A stretch of DNA of 64,000 bases from Candidatus Nanohaloarchaea archaeon. Lineage in GTDB: Archaea > Nanohalarchaeota > Nanosalinia > Nanosalinales > Nanosalinaceae. Each line of letters starts with the position of its first letter. Within the stretch, counting starts at the first letter, position 1. The notes beneath the pieces are model-generated. The model made no database searches. It was not told the origin of the DNA and worked only from the letters and a program-made list of their open reading frames with translations. The stretch spans positions 224,001-288,000 of the forward strand of contig CP046106.1 of assembly GCA_013343275.1 (NCBI GenBank), written 5' to 3'. Below, one piece after another: positions 27,609 through 37,155 of the stretch. The translations under genes were made by a program, and so were the position numbers.

Positions 27609-29489
27609 ATGGAAGAATTAGAAGACGTAAAAGATCTTTTGCCTCCAGAGGCAAACGTAGACGACATAAAGTTCGAAGCATCAGACATAGTGGTATACAC
27701 AAACAGCAAGGATTTTTTCCTTGACCACTCAGATGTTATTCAGGACATAGTATCACAACTCAAGAAAAGAGTGGAAGTAAGGCCTTCATCAAAGCTTTTC
27801 AACAAGCCTGAAACCGCTGAAGAGAAACTCAAAGAAATAGTTGAAGAAAGAGAAGAAGCAGAGATCGACAATGTTATCTTCCAGCCTTCTCTCGGAAAAA
27901 TGATAATCAGGACACCAAAGCCTGGAGCAATTATAGGTAAGAAAGGCTCAGGCCTACAGGAAATCAAGGAGGCAACTCTGTGGGCTCCGCAGGTGGAAAG
28001 AGTGCCATCTATCAGCTCGAAGGTAGTTGATAGAGCCAGAGAGCTGACTGTAGAGGATCCAGAGTTCAGGAAAGACTTTCTGCATGAAGTTGGGCAGAAG
28101 ATCCGCCTTGACAAATCTGTCGGCGATGAATGGATACGTACCTCCGCTCTAGGAGGGTTCCGGCAGGTAGGAAGAAGCTGTGTGCTTCTGCAGACCGAGG
28201 AATCTAACGTACTGATGGATGCAGGAATCGACCCTTCCGCAGAGTCAGGCACGAAGGACAACTATCCTTTCCTCAACGCGCCTGAACTTGATCTTCAGAA
28301 CCTTGACGCAGTAGTTCTCAGCCACGCACACATGGACCACGTAGGAATGATCCCATATCTATACAAGATGGGATACGACGGGCCTCTGTACTGCACCAAG
28401 CCTACAAGAGACCTGATGATCATGCTGTGCCTAGACTACATAGGCCTGGCACACAGCGAGCGAGCAAAAGCCCCTTACGACTCCTCAGACATCAAAAAGG
28501 CAGTTAAAAGAACAATCACACCGGATTATGGAGAAGTTACCGATATCACCCCTGATATGAGGCTTACGCTGAAGAACTCAGGCCACATTATCGGATCAGC
28601 TCTCTGCCACATCCACGTGGGTGAAGGCCTGCATAATCTGCTTTACACTGGAGACTACAACTACGATCAGACTGAGATGTTGAGTCCTGCAGATACTAAC
28701 TTCCAGCGTGTTGAGACCATGATTACGGAGTCTACTTACGGAGGCCGTGATGATAAACAGACGCCGAGAGATGAGGCGAACAAGAAGTTCCTCTCCCGGG
28801 TAAAGCAGACTCTGAATAAGGGGGGCAAGGTTATCGTACCTGTCTTCGCCGTAGGACGTTCGCAGGAGGTTCTAGGTCTCTTGGCTGACGAGATGAAGAG
28901 AGACTACTTTGACTACAATGTCTACATTGATGGCATGATTAACGATGTGAACGCTCTCCACACAGCCTATCCAGAGTTCCTCTCGGAGAAGGTACAGAAC
29001 AAGGTCCTGGATGAGGAATCGCCGTTCCTTATGGACAATATCAAGACTATCGGAAGCCATCAGGAGAGAAAGGAAGTGTATGAAGACGATTCCTGTATAA
29101 TTCTGACAACTTCAGGATCTATCACAGGCGGACCGGTAATGTCCTACCTTCAGGAAGAGGCCGAAGCTCCAGAAAACACTCTGATCTTCGTAGGTTACCA
29201 GTTCGAGGGATCGCTTGGACGTAAGATCCAGTCCGGAGCAGACAGGGTTGAGATTAACGGAGAGAAAGTTGATGTCAACCTTGATACCTACACGGTTTCA
29301 GGTTTCTCTGCACACAGTGACCGGCAGCAGATCATCAACTTCTCCAAGAACCTGAGAAGCACACCTAACAAGATCCTGACTAACCACGGCGAGGAATCAA
29401 AATGCTTCTCACTCGCCAGCTCCCTGCACAAGATCCTGAACATCGACACGTCAGCACCTCAGAACCTGGAGACAATCCGACTTAACTAA
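27609..29489 (+). CDS. Beta-CASP ribonuclease aCPSF1/FttA (KH + MBL + beta-CASP)
   Basis: KH GxxG (PGAIIGKKG), LGGFRQVGRS, SHAHMDH, FAVGRSQE, GFSAHSD; conserved adjacency to psmB. Confidence 0.95.
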   Translation: MEELEDVKDLLPPEANVDDIKFEASDIVVYTNSKDFFLDHSDVIQDIVSQLKKRVEVRPSSKLFNKPETAEEKLKEIVEEREEAEIDNVIFQPSLGKMIIRTPKPGAIIGKKGSGLQEIKEATLWAPQVERVPSISSKVVDRARELTVEDPEFRKDFLHEVGQKIRLDKSVGDEWIRTSALGGFRQVGRSCVLLQTEESNVLMDAGIDPSAESGTKDNYPFLNAPELDLQNLDAVVLSHAHMDHVGMIPYLYKMGYDGPLYCTKPTRDLMIMLCLDYIGLAHSERAKAPYDSSDIKKAVKRTITPDYGEVTDITPDMRLTLKNSGHIIGSALCHIHVGEGLHNLLYTGDYNYDQTEMLSPADTNFQRVETMITESTYGGRDDKQTPRDEANKKFLSRVKQTLNKGGKVIVPVFAVGRSQEVLGLLADEMKRDYFDYNVYIDGMINDVNALHTAYPEFLSEKVQNKVLDEESPFLMDNIKTIGSHQERKEVYEDDSCIILTTSGSITGGPVMSYLQEEAEAPENTLIFVGYQFEGSLGRKIQSGADRVEINGEKVDVNLDTYTVSGFSAHSDRQQIINFSKNLRSTPNKILTNHGEESKCFSLASSLHKILNIDTSAPQNLETIRLN

Positions 29490-29545
29490 ATCTGGGTAGA
29501 AGGCCGTAAAAAGGTTTAAATCGGCCGCTCCCACATACTTTTTCT

Positions 29546-29815
29546 ATGGTTTGGGAAGTTAAATGCGATAACTGTGGAGAGATAATTAACTGGGGCGGCA
29601 GCGAGCCCTCGGAATACGGGCCTGGAGAGCCGGAGGACATGAAGCTTGGAGATGAGGCCATCAAGTTCGATGGAAATACTTACTGCAAGGCCTGTGTCAA
29701 GAAGTTTGTCAAGTTCGGCGTAGGAGATGTAGAAGATCGGGTTGACTACCTGGAAGATAGAATGAAAGAAGTTATGCAGGCTGTGGGCATGGAGAAAAGC
29801 ATTAACCCTGAGTAG
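29546..29815 (+). CDS. Small Zn-finger protein with C-terminal coiled coil
   Basis: CDNC...CKAC. Confidence 0.65.
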   Translation: MVWEVKCDNCGEIINWGGSEPSEYGPGEPEDMKLGDEAIKFDGNTYCKACVKKFVKFGVGDVEDRVDYLEDRMKEVMQAVGMEKSINPE

Positions 29816-29998
29816 CTATTTTTCGCTTATTCTTTCTCTAATCTCTTCTTCCTCGTAAGCAATATTGGGTTCAGCTACGTCCGTTTCTCGCTGGAGATCG
29901 TGTTCTCTTTTCATGTGCTGCTTGGCCAGCTGGACAAGGTCGTCTTCGTTTTCGTCCTCGAACTCCATGCCGCATATATCACAGGTAAACTGCTTCAT
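29816..29998 (-). CDS. DUF1059-like small metal-binding protein
   Basis: FTCDICG....E.EDDLV...KQHMKREH pattern. Confidence 0.65.
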   Translation of the reverse strand: MKQFTCDICGMEFEDENEDDLVQLAKQHMKREHDLQRETDVAEPNIAYEEEEIRERISEK

Positions 29999-30052
29999 CA
30001 GAAGTTACACCGACACTATTTATCGTCTCAACTAACTAAAAACTTGCGAAAC

Positions 30053-30820
30053 TCAATCCTGGAGAACTCTCTGAGCATCGTTCTCCTCCAAGGTATTGTT
30101 CATCTTCAGAAGTACTCTGTTCTCCGGCAGGAACGGTGGTGGAAGAAATCTAAGCCCGAGGAGACCGGCCTCAGTCATAAAGACAGGGAAGGGAACCAGG
30201 TGGCAGCTGTAACCTTCATCCCTGTAGATATCTTTCGCTAACTCTCCCAGTGATATCTCTTCGTCTCCTGCCACTTCTAGGACTTCTCCACTGTAGTTAT
30301 CCAGACAGCGGTATAGTATTTCGATCAGAGAGTCTTTTTCGATAGGCTGCATCTGCGTAGGTATATCCGGGAACACTCGCGTGAAAGAGATATTGCGGAT
30401 AGACTCCAGTAGACGGTTGCCTTCGCCAAGAACAGTTGAAGGCCTGACAATAGTATAGTCCACACCAGATTCCTGTATGATCTCCTCTGCTCTCTCCTTT
30501 GTGTTGAAGTAGCTGTGGTCTATCTTACCTACACCCAGAGCACTTAGATAAACTATCTTTTCAGTGTCTACACCTTTAACCAAGTGTTCTGTACCTCTAA
30601 CGTGCGTGTTGTAGTACTCTTTCTCACCGTAGAATCCGGGAGCCAGTCCTATAGTATGATAGACTACATCAAAGCTCTTGTCGATCCCAAACTCCTTTCT
30701 GATATCTATATGGTAATCTCCTCTAGTCCTGTCGAGATACTCTACGCTGTGGCCTTCGCTGGAAAGTCTCTTCCCTATATTTTTACCGATAAATCCCTTG
30801 CCAGCTACTAAAACATCCAT
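30053..30820 (-). CDS. NAD(P)-binding atypical SDR (NDUFA9-like epimerase family)
   Basis: VAGKGFIG, YLSALG, YFNTKERAE, TIVRPSTV. Confidence 0.85.
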   Translation of the reverse strand: MDVLVAGKGFIGKNIGKRLSSEGHSVEYLDRTRGDYHIDIRKEFGIDKSFDVVYHTIGLAPGFYGEKEYYNTHVRGTEHLVKGVDTEKIVYLSALGVGKIDHSYFNTKERAEEIIQESGVDYTIVRPSTVLGEGNRLLESIRNISFTRVFPDIPTQMQPIEKDSLIEILYRCLDNYSGEVLEVAGDEEISLGELAKDIYRDEGYSCHLVPFPVFMTEAGLLGLRFLPPPFLPENRVLLKMNNTLEENDAQRVLQD

Positions 30821-30897
30821 GAAATAACTTTCATGGCTTCCTAATTAATAAGTCCACTTGCTCTACAGTTTTTAACACGGATAACTAAACAATAGGT

Positions 30898-31389
30898 ATG
30901 GACCTCGACAACTCGGCCCTGGCATACCAAGTATTCCGATACACTTTTCTAGACGATAAAAGCTACAGCGTGCAGATGGAGCTAAAGCACGGAATAGAGG
31001 ACGAGAAAGCTGAACAGATTATACTACAGGCCTCGGAAGAAGGTCTACTCGATGTAGTAGAAGGTAGCGATCCCGAGGAGTACACTGTAGACTTCGATGC
31101 GCTTGTGGAGAAGTTCTACGAATACTGGGAGGAAGAAGTAGAGGAGTTGAATACGCCGGTAGCATTCGACGACTTCCTGAAAGGTTACATGAAGGCCTAC
31201 TTCAGAAACGAGGAGAACTCCTCAATCAACGAGATGCTTGTAGAGAAGCTTTATCTTGGTCTGGGCAACATGGAGTCATCAACAGGCCTGCCAAGAGGGC
31301 TTGATGAAATGCTGAACGAACTAAGCGAGAGGTATGAAGGCCCTAAAAAGTTCAGAGATTACGTACAGAAAGGTCTAGACAATTCATAG
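30898..31389 (+). CDS. Hypothetical protein
   Basis: 163-aa acidic ORF. Confidence 0.65.
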   Translation: MDLDNSALAYQVFRYTFLDDKSYSVQMELKHGIEDEKAEQIILQASEEGLLDVVEGSDPEEYTVDFDALVEKFYEYWEEEVEELNTPVAFDDFLKGYMKAYFRNEENSSINEMLVEKLYLGLGNMESSTGLPRGLDEMLNELSERYEGPKKFRDYVQKGLDNS

Positions 31390-31398
31390 GTGGCTTAA

Positions 31399-31722
31399 GT
31401 GACCGGCTCTCTTTTCGACACGGATTTCAAGGTAGGTACAGTGGAAAAAGCAGAGGACTTCTCAGAGGCTGAGAAACCTGAGATGGCCAAGCTCTGGATA
31501 GATCTCGGTGACGAAAAGGTCCAGAGTGCAGCCCAGACAGGCTACAATTATGGGCCAGAAGATCTGGAAGGCCGACAGGTAATATGTGCCACTAATCTCG
31601 GTAATGTAAGGATTGCAGGTTTCAAGTCGGAGGTACTTACAGTTGGAGTGCCTGACAGTGACGGAAACCCGGTGCTTGTAGGCCCTGACAGCAAGGTTCC
31701 TGAAGGCGGCAACCTCTACTGA
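31399..31722 (+). CDS. csaA: CsaA-like tRNA-binding/chaperone protein
   Basis: VGTV..AE.F.EA.KP..KLWID.G, SAAQ, IAGFKSEVLTVG. Confidence 0.85.
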   Translation: MTGSLFDTDFKVGTVEKAEDFSEAEKPEMAKLWIDLGDEKVQSAAQTGYNYGPEDLEGRQVICATNLGNVRIAGFKSEVLTVGVPDSDGNPVLVGPDSKVPEGGNLY

Positions 31723-31759
31723 ATCATTTATTTAGATTTTTACATACGGAATACTTATT

Positions 31760-32173
31760 GTGAAAGCAGAGGAAATAGAGACAAGAATAGATGAAGTAGG
31801 AAATGAATGGAGAGGCCTCTACTCGCTTTTCGAGGACAAAGGAGATAAGGCAGTTGATATCCTCTACCATGCAGATCCTGAGGACTACAACCTTCCGTTG
31901 CCTGGAGAAGTTTACCAGGAAGTAGATGAAGACGGCCTTCTGCCTTCAGGAATTCCAGAGGGAGATTTCGAGAGTATTGTCAACTTTCTTTCCCGTGCGG
32001 AGATACTTCCGACCTGGAACGACTCCGCTCCCTTCAGAATATTGATGAATGATATCGATGAACAGGATCTGGCAACGGCCTATGAATATGTCTCAGGAGA
32101 ACAGTATAACTTTCCAGAAGACGGACTGGTTGCGGAAAGAAATGTAGATGTTCCAGACTACCTCAGTTCATAA
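31760..32173 (+). CDS. Hypothetical protein
   Basis: 137-aa acidic ORF. Confidence 0.6.
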   Translation: MKAEEIETRIDEVGNEWRGLYSLFEDKGDKAVDILYHADPEDYNLPLPGEVYQEVDEDGLLPSGIPEGDFESIVNFLSRAEILPTWNDSAPFRILMNDIDEQDLATAYEYVSGEQYNFPEDGLVAERNVDVPDYLSS

Positions 32174-32440
32174 ACTATTACGTTCTCTTATCTCCAGACC
32201 GAGTTTCTGCCGTGCACCGTAGATTGCTCTCCTGCTTACATCGAGCTCCTCAGCTATAGTATCCAGATTACTGTCATATTCTTCTGTCTCATAGAGACCT
32301 ACACCAACACATACCCGTGGATTGCCGCCTCTATCACTGTATTCTGCTGCGATCTCTAGACCTTTCTCATCGAGTTCTTCAACATAAACTTCACTGACAT
32401 ACTCCGAAAACAGCTTTTCGTAGTCAATATCCAGGTCCAT
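32168..32440 (-). CDS. Small HTH protein
   Basis: LDTIAEELDVSRRAIY helix-turn-helix signature. Confidence 0.6.
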   Translation of the reverse strand: MDLDIDYEKLFSEYVSEVYVEELDEKGLEIAAEYSDRGGNPRVCVGVGLYETEEYDSNLDTIAEELDVSRRAIYGARQKLGLEIRERNSL

Positions 32441-32627
32441 CGGAAAAATAGGTAGAAGAAAAAATGTAATAAGGCCTACATATGTTTCGCAGCGAACCTA
32501 GGTCTTGTAACAGTCTACCTGGCTCTGGCATCCGCACTTTTCATGGGTGATGTCTTGAAAGATATAGAAGATGGCTACATCTCTGTAGAATAACCGATTT
32601 AACATTTTACCGGTAAAAATTTACTGT

Positions 32628-33185
32628 ATGGCTCCGTGGGAAGATATGCTAGAGGACGAACAAGTTGAAGTAGATCGTGGAAAAGGCACTATCGATATTG
32701 AGGCACCTCCCAGTTTTGGAAGAAGCGAATACGAACAAATGGTAGAGAACCTGTGGGACGGAGGCCGATATCAGAACCTGACAGTCCTCGATAGAACTCT
32801 TGACGCTGTAAATGAGGCAGGAGCCCTTGTAGGAGAAAGCGCAGAAAAGATAGTTGAAACTACAGTTAACGGTAATCGGGATCGAGAACAGTACGGTCTT
32901 GGAGCTTTAGGGATTCTTCTAGGAGGTGGCGGCCTTGCAGCGACACCGATGCTAGCATCCATGGAATGGGGCGGTAAAGCCCTAGAAAACACTCTTGCCG
33001 CACCAGGAAACACTAAATCAAACAATATCTACGACACAACGCCCAGCATAGAGGAAGAGGCAGGAAAGATATTCTACAGCGAATCCTCCGATGGGAGATA
33101 CATAAGGATTACAGGGCCTGAGATCGGAGAACTACCTGAAGAAGAAATAGCAGAACAGGGCCTCGACTATATCAAGAACTTCTAG
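32628..33185 (+). CDS. Hypothetical protein with a Gly-rich hydrophobic segment
   Basis: 185-aa acidic ORF; GLGALGILLGGGGLAA. Confidence 0.6.
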   Translation: MAPWEDMLEDEQVEVDRGKGTIDIEAPPSFGRSEYEQMVENLWDGGRYQNLTVLDRTLDAVNEAGALVGESAEKIVETTVNGNRDREQYGLGALGILLGGGGLAATPMLASMEWGGKALENTLAAPGNTKSNNIYDTTPSIEEEAGKIFYSESSDGRYIRITGPEIGELPEEEIAEQGLDYIKNF

Positions 33186-33227
33186 AAGAGAGATCTAATT
33201 ACTGGAAGGAGGGGTTTTTCTCCCACT

Positions 33228-33794
33228 TTAATTTCCTTCCAGTGCATCGATTGTTACTGCTGCAGCGATGATAGTTTCCTTATTATCTACTCCTTCTTCC
33301 AGCTCTATCTCGTACTTATCTCTGAAGCTGAACTGGCCCTGAATTGTTCCGATCTGCTCTCCCTCCGCATTTTCAATTGTGTACCTGTGAGGGAATAGCT
33401 GGGCTATGTCGGAGAGCGATCTTAACAGGCCTACAAGTTTGCCTCTGCTCTCAATTTTTGCGATCAGGTTGCCTTCGGTGTCTTTAACCCTCCATTTGTG
33501 CACCAGGAAGCTGAAGTCCTGTGTAAGTACGGCTATCTTCTCGCCGGTACCGGAGTCGGTGATAGCATAGTCTCCGGCTATATCCATCAGGTTCTCGGCC
33601 TTTACAGTAAATACCTCGTTACCTTCCGGATCTGTGAAGGGGAACTCTTCTTTCATCTTGAACATTTTCTGCTTCGCACCGAGAACCTCCTCTCCACTTG
33701 AATCATACAGTTTATACGCATTTCTAACTGCTTTCTGCTTCAAAGTATACTTGTTATCCGAGAAATCGATCCTGCTCAATGCATCGCCTGGCAT
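33228..33794 (-). CDS. LURP-one/scramblase (tubby C-like) family protein
   Basis: KQKMFKMKEEF, W.V.D..G..IA.I, FSFRDKYEIE pattern. Confidence 0.8.
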   Translation of the reverse strand: MPGDALSRIDFSDNKYTLKQKAVRNAYKLYDSSGEEVLGAKQKMFKMKEEFPFTDPEGNEVFTVKAENLMDIAGDYAITDSGTGEKIAVLTQDFSFLVHKWRVKDTEGNLIAKIESRGKLVGLLRSLSDIAQLFPHRYTIENAEGEQIGTIQGQFSFRDKYEIELEEGVDNKETIIAAAVTIDALEGN

Positions 33795-33892
33795 AACCAG
33801 ATATTATGCCTCCAATGGTTTAAAACCAGAACAAAACTCAGAGCATTTGCTACCGAACAGATATAAAAATTTAGCCAGGTCTATCGTGTGGT

Positions 33893-34990
33893 ATGCCTCC
33901 AGAGCTCCCGATCAGCCCGGAAACTGACGACTCTCTCGAGGATGAACTGGTGAGGTGGGCGACAGAGTTCCAGGTAAGGCCGGGAAACTACAATCCTGAA
34001 TTCGATGGAGACGACTCAATTGCAATCGTAAGGTCTATAGCAGAAGAAGGAAGTCTTGAGGAAAACATAGATCTTGTAGAGGAAGTTGATGAGAGAATAC
34101 AGGAGATAAGAAGTCAAACACACGATACTGACAGACTGCCGATGCTTCACGTATCAAGAGAAAACATGTCCGAAGTAGAACGTATTGGAGGGCTACCCGA
34201 AGGATTCCTGGATGACCTCCATGAAGTCGCAGCAGAATACATCGACGGATTCATGCCAGGACAGAAGATCACACCGCCCTCCAGTACAGAGTTCACCGAT
34301 ACCGACAAGAACTACGCTGGTAGCCACAGCTTCAGAAGAGACAGATCAAGCCTCTACCACACATTCGGAGGAATAAGCGAAGGATCACCAGCAGCCGAAG
34401 CAGCAGCACACGAAACAATGCACAAAAACAACGTAGAGGCCCTCATAGGAGAAGTAGACAGAGTCAGAGATCTCGCAACAGTATACGAAAACGATGTACC
34501 CGAAGAGTACGAGGAACTAATTGAAAATACCGAGGTACCTAGCGTAAAACACGATCTCCTTGGAGGCCTCTCACTTCTAGTCCTCGATGAAATATACAAT
34601 GCTGGAATTCTTTCTGCATACCAGGAAAACAGTAGAGAGGACATAGATTTCACTCAGTATATAGAAGAGTTCGAGAATGCTGCTGAAGTTATGAACGAGA
34701 AGTTTGGTCTAGAAGAGTATGATACACGTGATGAAACGATCTGTCAGGCCGTCAGCTACTTCATGAAAGGCCAGTTTGAGGAAGGGTTCGAGAAAGAACT
34801 CGCCGACACACGTAGCTCATACAACAGCCTCGATCATTACGGAGAGAAAGCAGGAGACATCATCGCATCACACCTGAATGGATTCCGGAAAGAAATGGAG
34901 CAGGCAGAAGGCCTTCGAGGCCAGAGATTCAAACAGGTAATGCAGAACAGAATACCCTTCCTGAAAGGAGAATACGAATTCGGGAAGTAA
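33893..34990 (+). CDS. Hypothetical protein with HExxH (possible zincin metallopeptidase)
   Basis: AAAHETMHK; downstream DE as a possible third ligand. Confidence 0.55.
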   Translation: MPPELPISPETDDSLEDELVRWATEFQVRPGNYNPEFDGDDSIAIVRSIAEEGSLEENIDLVEEVDERIQEIRSQTHDTDRLPMLHVSRENMSEVERIGGLPEGFLDDLHEVAAEYIDGFMPGQKITPPSSTEFTDTDKNYAGSHSFRRDRSSLYHTFGGISEGSPAAEAAAHETMHKNNVEALIGEVDRVRDLATVYENDVPEEYEELIENTEVPSVKHDLLGGLSLLVLDEIYNAGILSAYQENSREDIDFTQYIEEFENAAEVMNEKFGLEEYDTRDETICQAVSYFMKGQFEEGFEKELADTRSSYNSLDHYGEKAGDIIASHLNGFRKEMEQAEGLRGQRFKQVMQNRIPFLKGEYEFGK

Positions 34991-35063
34991 AGATCTCCAA
35001 AGCGGCAGATCCAGGGCCTGCAGTAATCTATTTATAGTTTCTTTTCCTACTGAATTAGTTGCC

Positions 35064-35657
35064 ATGAAAAAACTTGCAATAATTATGATGCTCGCACTGG
35101 CAATGAGCACTGCAGTCCTCGGGAATCCTGTTTTTACGGATCGAGGAGCTGAAGCCAGCAACCCACTGTACGAGGGAATCGGCGGTGGAGACTGTGACGA
35201 CACAGATCGATGTATAAAGCCTGGTCAGATCGCCCTGACTGTCCAGACATGGAATGATCCTGACAGCGACGGAGATGGGATCAGCGATCTAGCACTGGAA
35301 AGCACAGAGATGATTGGAACAAACAGAGGGCAGGTAATATCCGCAGTTAAGGCCAACAAAAACAAGTTCAAGGCTGGAGCAGAGCTCTCCAAAACAGTAA
35401 ACTCAATGGATGTAGGAGACCTTGACGGAGACGGATACCCTGACATAGTTGTCGGCATTGAAAGAAACGAAGAAACTGTAACAGTTACAGGAACAGGGGT
35501 CGACAAGAGATCAGCCAGAACAGGCCTCTACAAGGTTAACACGATGAACAAGGCCGAACTTATCGAGGCAATGGCCAGTGAAGCAGGCCTTTCCAAGGCC
35601 GACTCCAAGAAAGCTCTTGACGCAGTAGGAGAGATTATCCTGGGAGAGGACCGTTAA
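35064..35657 (+). CDS. Secreted mosaic protein containing HU-like fragments and FG-GAP/DxDxDG motifs
   Basis: Signal peptide; KFKAGAELSKTVN, KRSARTG, MNKAELIEAMASEAGLSKADSKKALDA; GDLDGDGYPDIVVG. Confidence 0.7.
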   Translation: MKKLAIIMMLALAMSTAVLGNPVFTDRGAEASNPLYEGIGGGDCDDTDRCIKPGQIALTVQTWNDPDSDGDGISDLALESTEMIGTNRGQVISAVKANKNKFKAGAELSKTVNSMDVGDLDGDGYPDIVVGIERNEETVTVTGTGVDKRSARTGLYKVNTMNKAELIEAMASEAGLSKADSKKALDAVGEIILGEDR

Positions 35658-35713
35658 GACCTCTTTCTTTCTCTCAGTGGAACTTTTTACACTACCCAAC
35701 AAAATTCTCAATT

Positions 35714-36625
35714 ATGAAAGTAGAGAAAGCAGTCAAACAGGTACTCGGCAGAGAACCAGAAAAAGTTGAAGAGATTGCCGAGGGATTGAAACATGATACC
35801 TATTGGGCAACGGTAGAAGGCAAGGATTACATAGTGCAGTTCTCCGGCGACGACTACGATGACCATGCATCCCTCAGACACTGCCTGAAGATGTACGAAC
35901 TTCTCTCAGACACCGTCAAAGTTCCACACGCAGCGACCAGTGAAGTCCAGGAACTTGATGGAGAAAGATACATCATAGTAGAAAAACTGGAAGGACAATC
36001 AGGAGAAAAAAGTATCTCGAAGGAGAAAACACGGAAAGCAGGGAAAGAACTGGCCAAGATCCACAACCACACAACACTCGACAAAGCAGGCTGGATAGAG
36101 TTCAGAGATGAAGGTTACGAAATAGTGGAGTTCGAGGAAGGAGGCCTGAAAGAACATTTCCTCACACAGCTTGAAGAAAAACTACAGATACTCAGGGATG
36201 AGGGCCTGGAAGAGCTCGCTGACAAAGTAGACAGTTTCATCGAGGAAAGAGAAGAAGTCTGGCCCGAAAACTTTACACCTGTGATCTGTCACGACGACTT
36301 CACACCCGACAACACCATCTACCTCAACGGAGAAGTCAACGGAATAATCGACATAGACTACGCATTCTCAGGCCTCGACGCACGTAACCTAGTAAAGGCC
36401 GCCAACGCATTCTGGATGAATGATCCTGTCAAAGACTGGCCTCGCGACAAGTTTTACCAAGGCTATTCTGAGGAAAGGCCTCTGCCTGAGAATTTTGATG
36501 AGTTAGAGAAGTTCTTCCGTGTAGAAACACTGGTCCAAACAGTGGCCTCACTGATTGATATGGATGTTTTGACGGAAGATCAAATAGAATTTTATGAGGA
36601 AGAAATTATGGAAGAGCTAGAATAA
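35714..36625 (+). CDS. Aminoglycoside phosphotransferase/choline kinase-like protein
   Basis: GKELAKIH, ICHDDFTPDN (Brenner motif), GIIDID. Confidence 0.85.
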   Translation: MKVEKAVKQVLGREPEKVEEIAEGLKHDTYWATVEGKDYIVQFSGDDYDDHASLRHCLKMYELLSDTVKVPHAATSEVQELDGERYIIVEKLEGQSGEKSISKEKTRKAGKELAKIHNHTTLDKAGWIEFRDEGYEIVEFEEGGLKEHFLTQLEEKLQILRDEGLEELADKVDSFIEEREEVWPENFTPVICHDDFTPDNTIYLNGEVNGIIDIDYAFSGLDARNLVKAANAFWMNDPVKDWPRDKFYQGYSEERPLPENFDELEKFFRVETLVQTVASLIDMDVLTEDQIEFYEEEIMEELE

Positions 36626-36654
36626 TTACCGCTAGACAGTAACCTCTTCTGTCT

Positions 36655-37155
36655 TTAGAAGTTTACTGATTTTGATATAGTCTCAACTCGTCTTACTATT
36701 GCCATTAGAAGTAGAGAATAATGAATTAGGGTAGAAAATAGTACAAAAGAAAGTACTGTACTTGAATTGGTTACTTTTATCATTAAAATTATTCCTAGGA
36801 GCATAATAACCAAGAAAATACTGGTTGTAGTATAATATCTAAGACTCCTAAAAAATTGTTCAAAATTGTTCTCAAATTCGGCCCTATTTTTGTCTTCAGG
36901 GACGTTAAGATCTTCTAAACAAACTTTGTTAGTTAAGGAAAAAATAGCGTTGATGGAGAACCCTGCTACTATAGCTAGTGTTGTGCCTAGATAATTCAGA
37001 ACCTCTGACTTTAATTCAATAAAATGAGTCATTATTGCTCCTAAAATAACAGGAAGAACTATAAACCAAGAGATCAGATATAGATAACTCTCTTCATTTA
37101 TTATTTCTTGGTACGTGTTCTTGATATTAGATTTAGGCGATATAAAGCTGCTCAT
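36655..37155 (-). CDS. Four-TM membrane protein of AT-rich cassette
   Basis: Hydrophobic helices; AT-rich codons; ATGA overlap with upstream gene. Confidence 0.7.
   Translation of the reverse strand: MSSFISPKSNIKNTYQEIINEESYLYLISWFIVLPVILGAIMTHFIELKSEVLNYLGTTLAIVAGFSINAIFSLTNKVCLEDLNVPEDKNRAEFENNFEQFFRSLRYYTTTSIFLVIMLLGIILMIKVTNSSTVLSFVLFSTLIHYSLLLMAIVRRVETISKSVNF

Noticed and set aside
32460-32593. Short hydrophobic open frame (KAYICFAANLGLVTVYLALASALFMGDV...)
   Set aside because: No in-frame start before the hydrophobic part; at most a gene remnant
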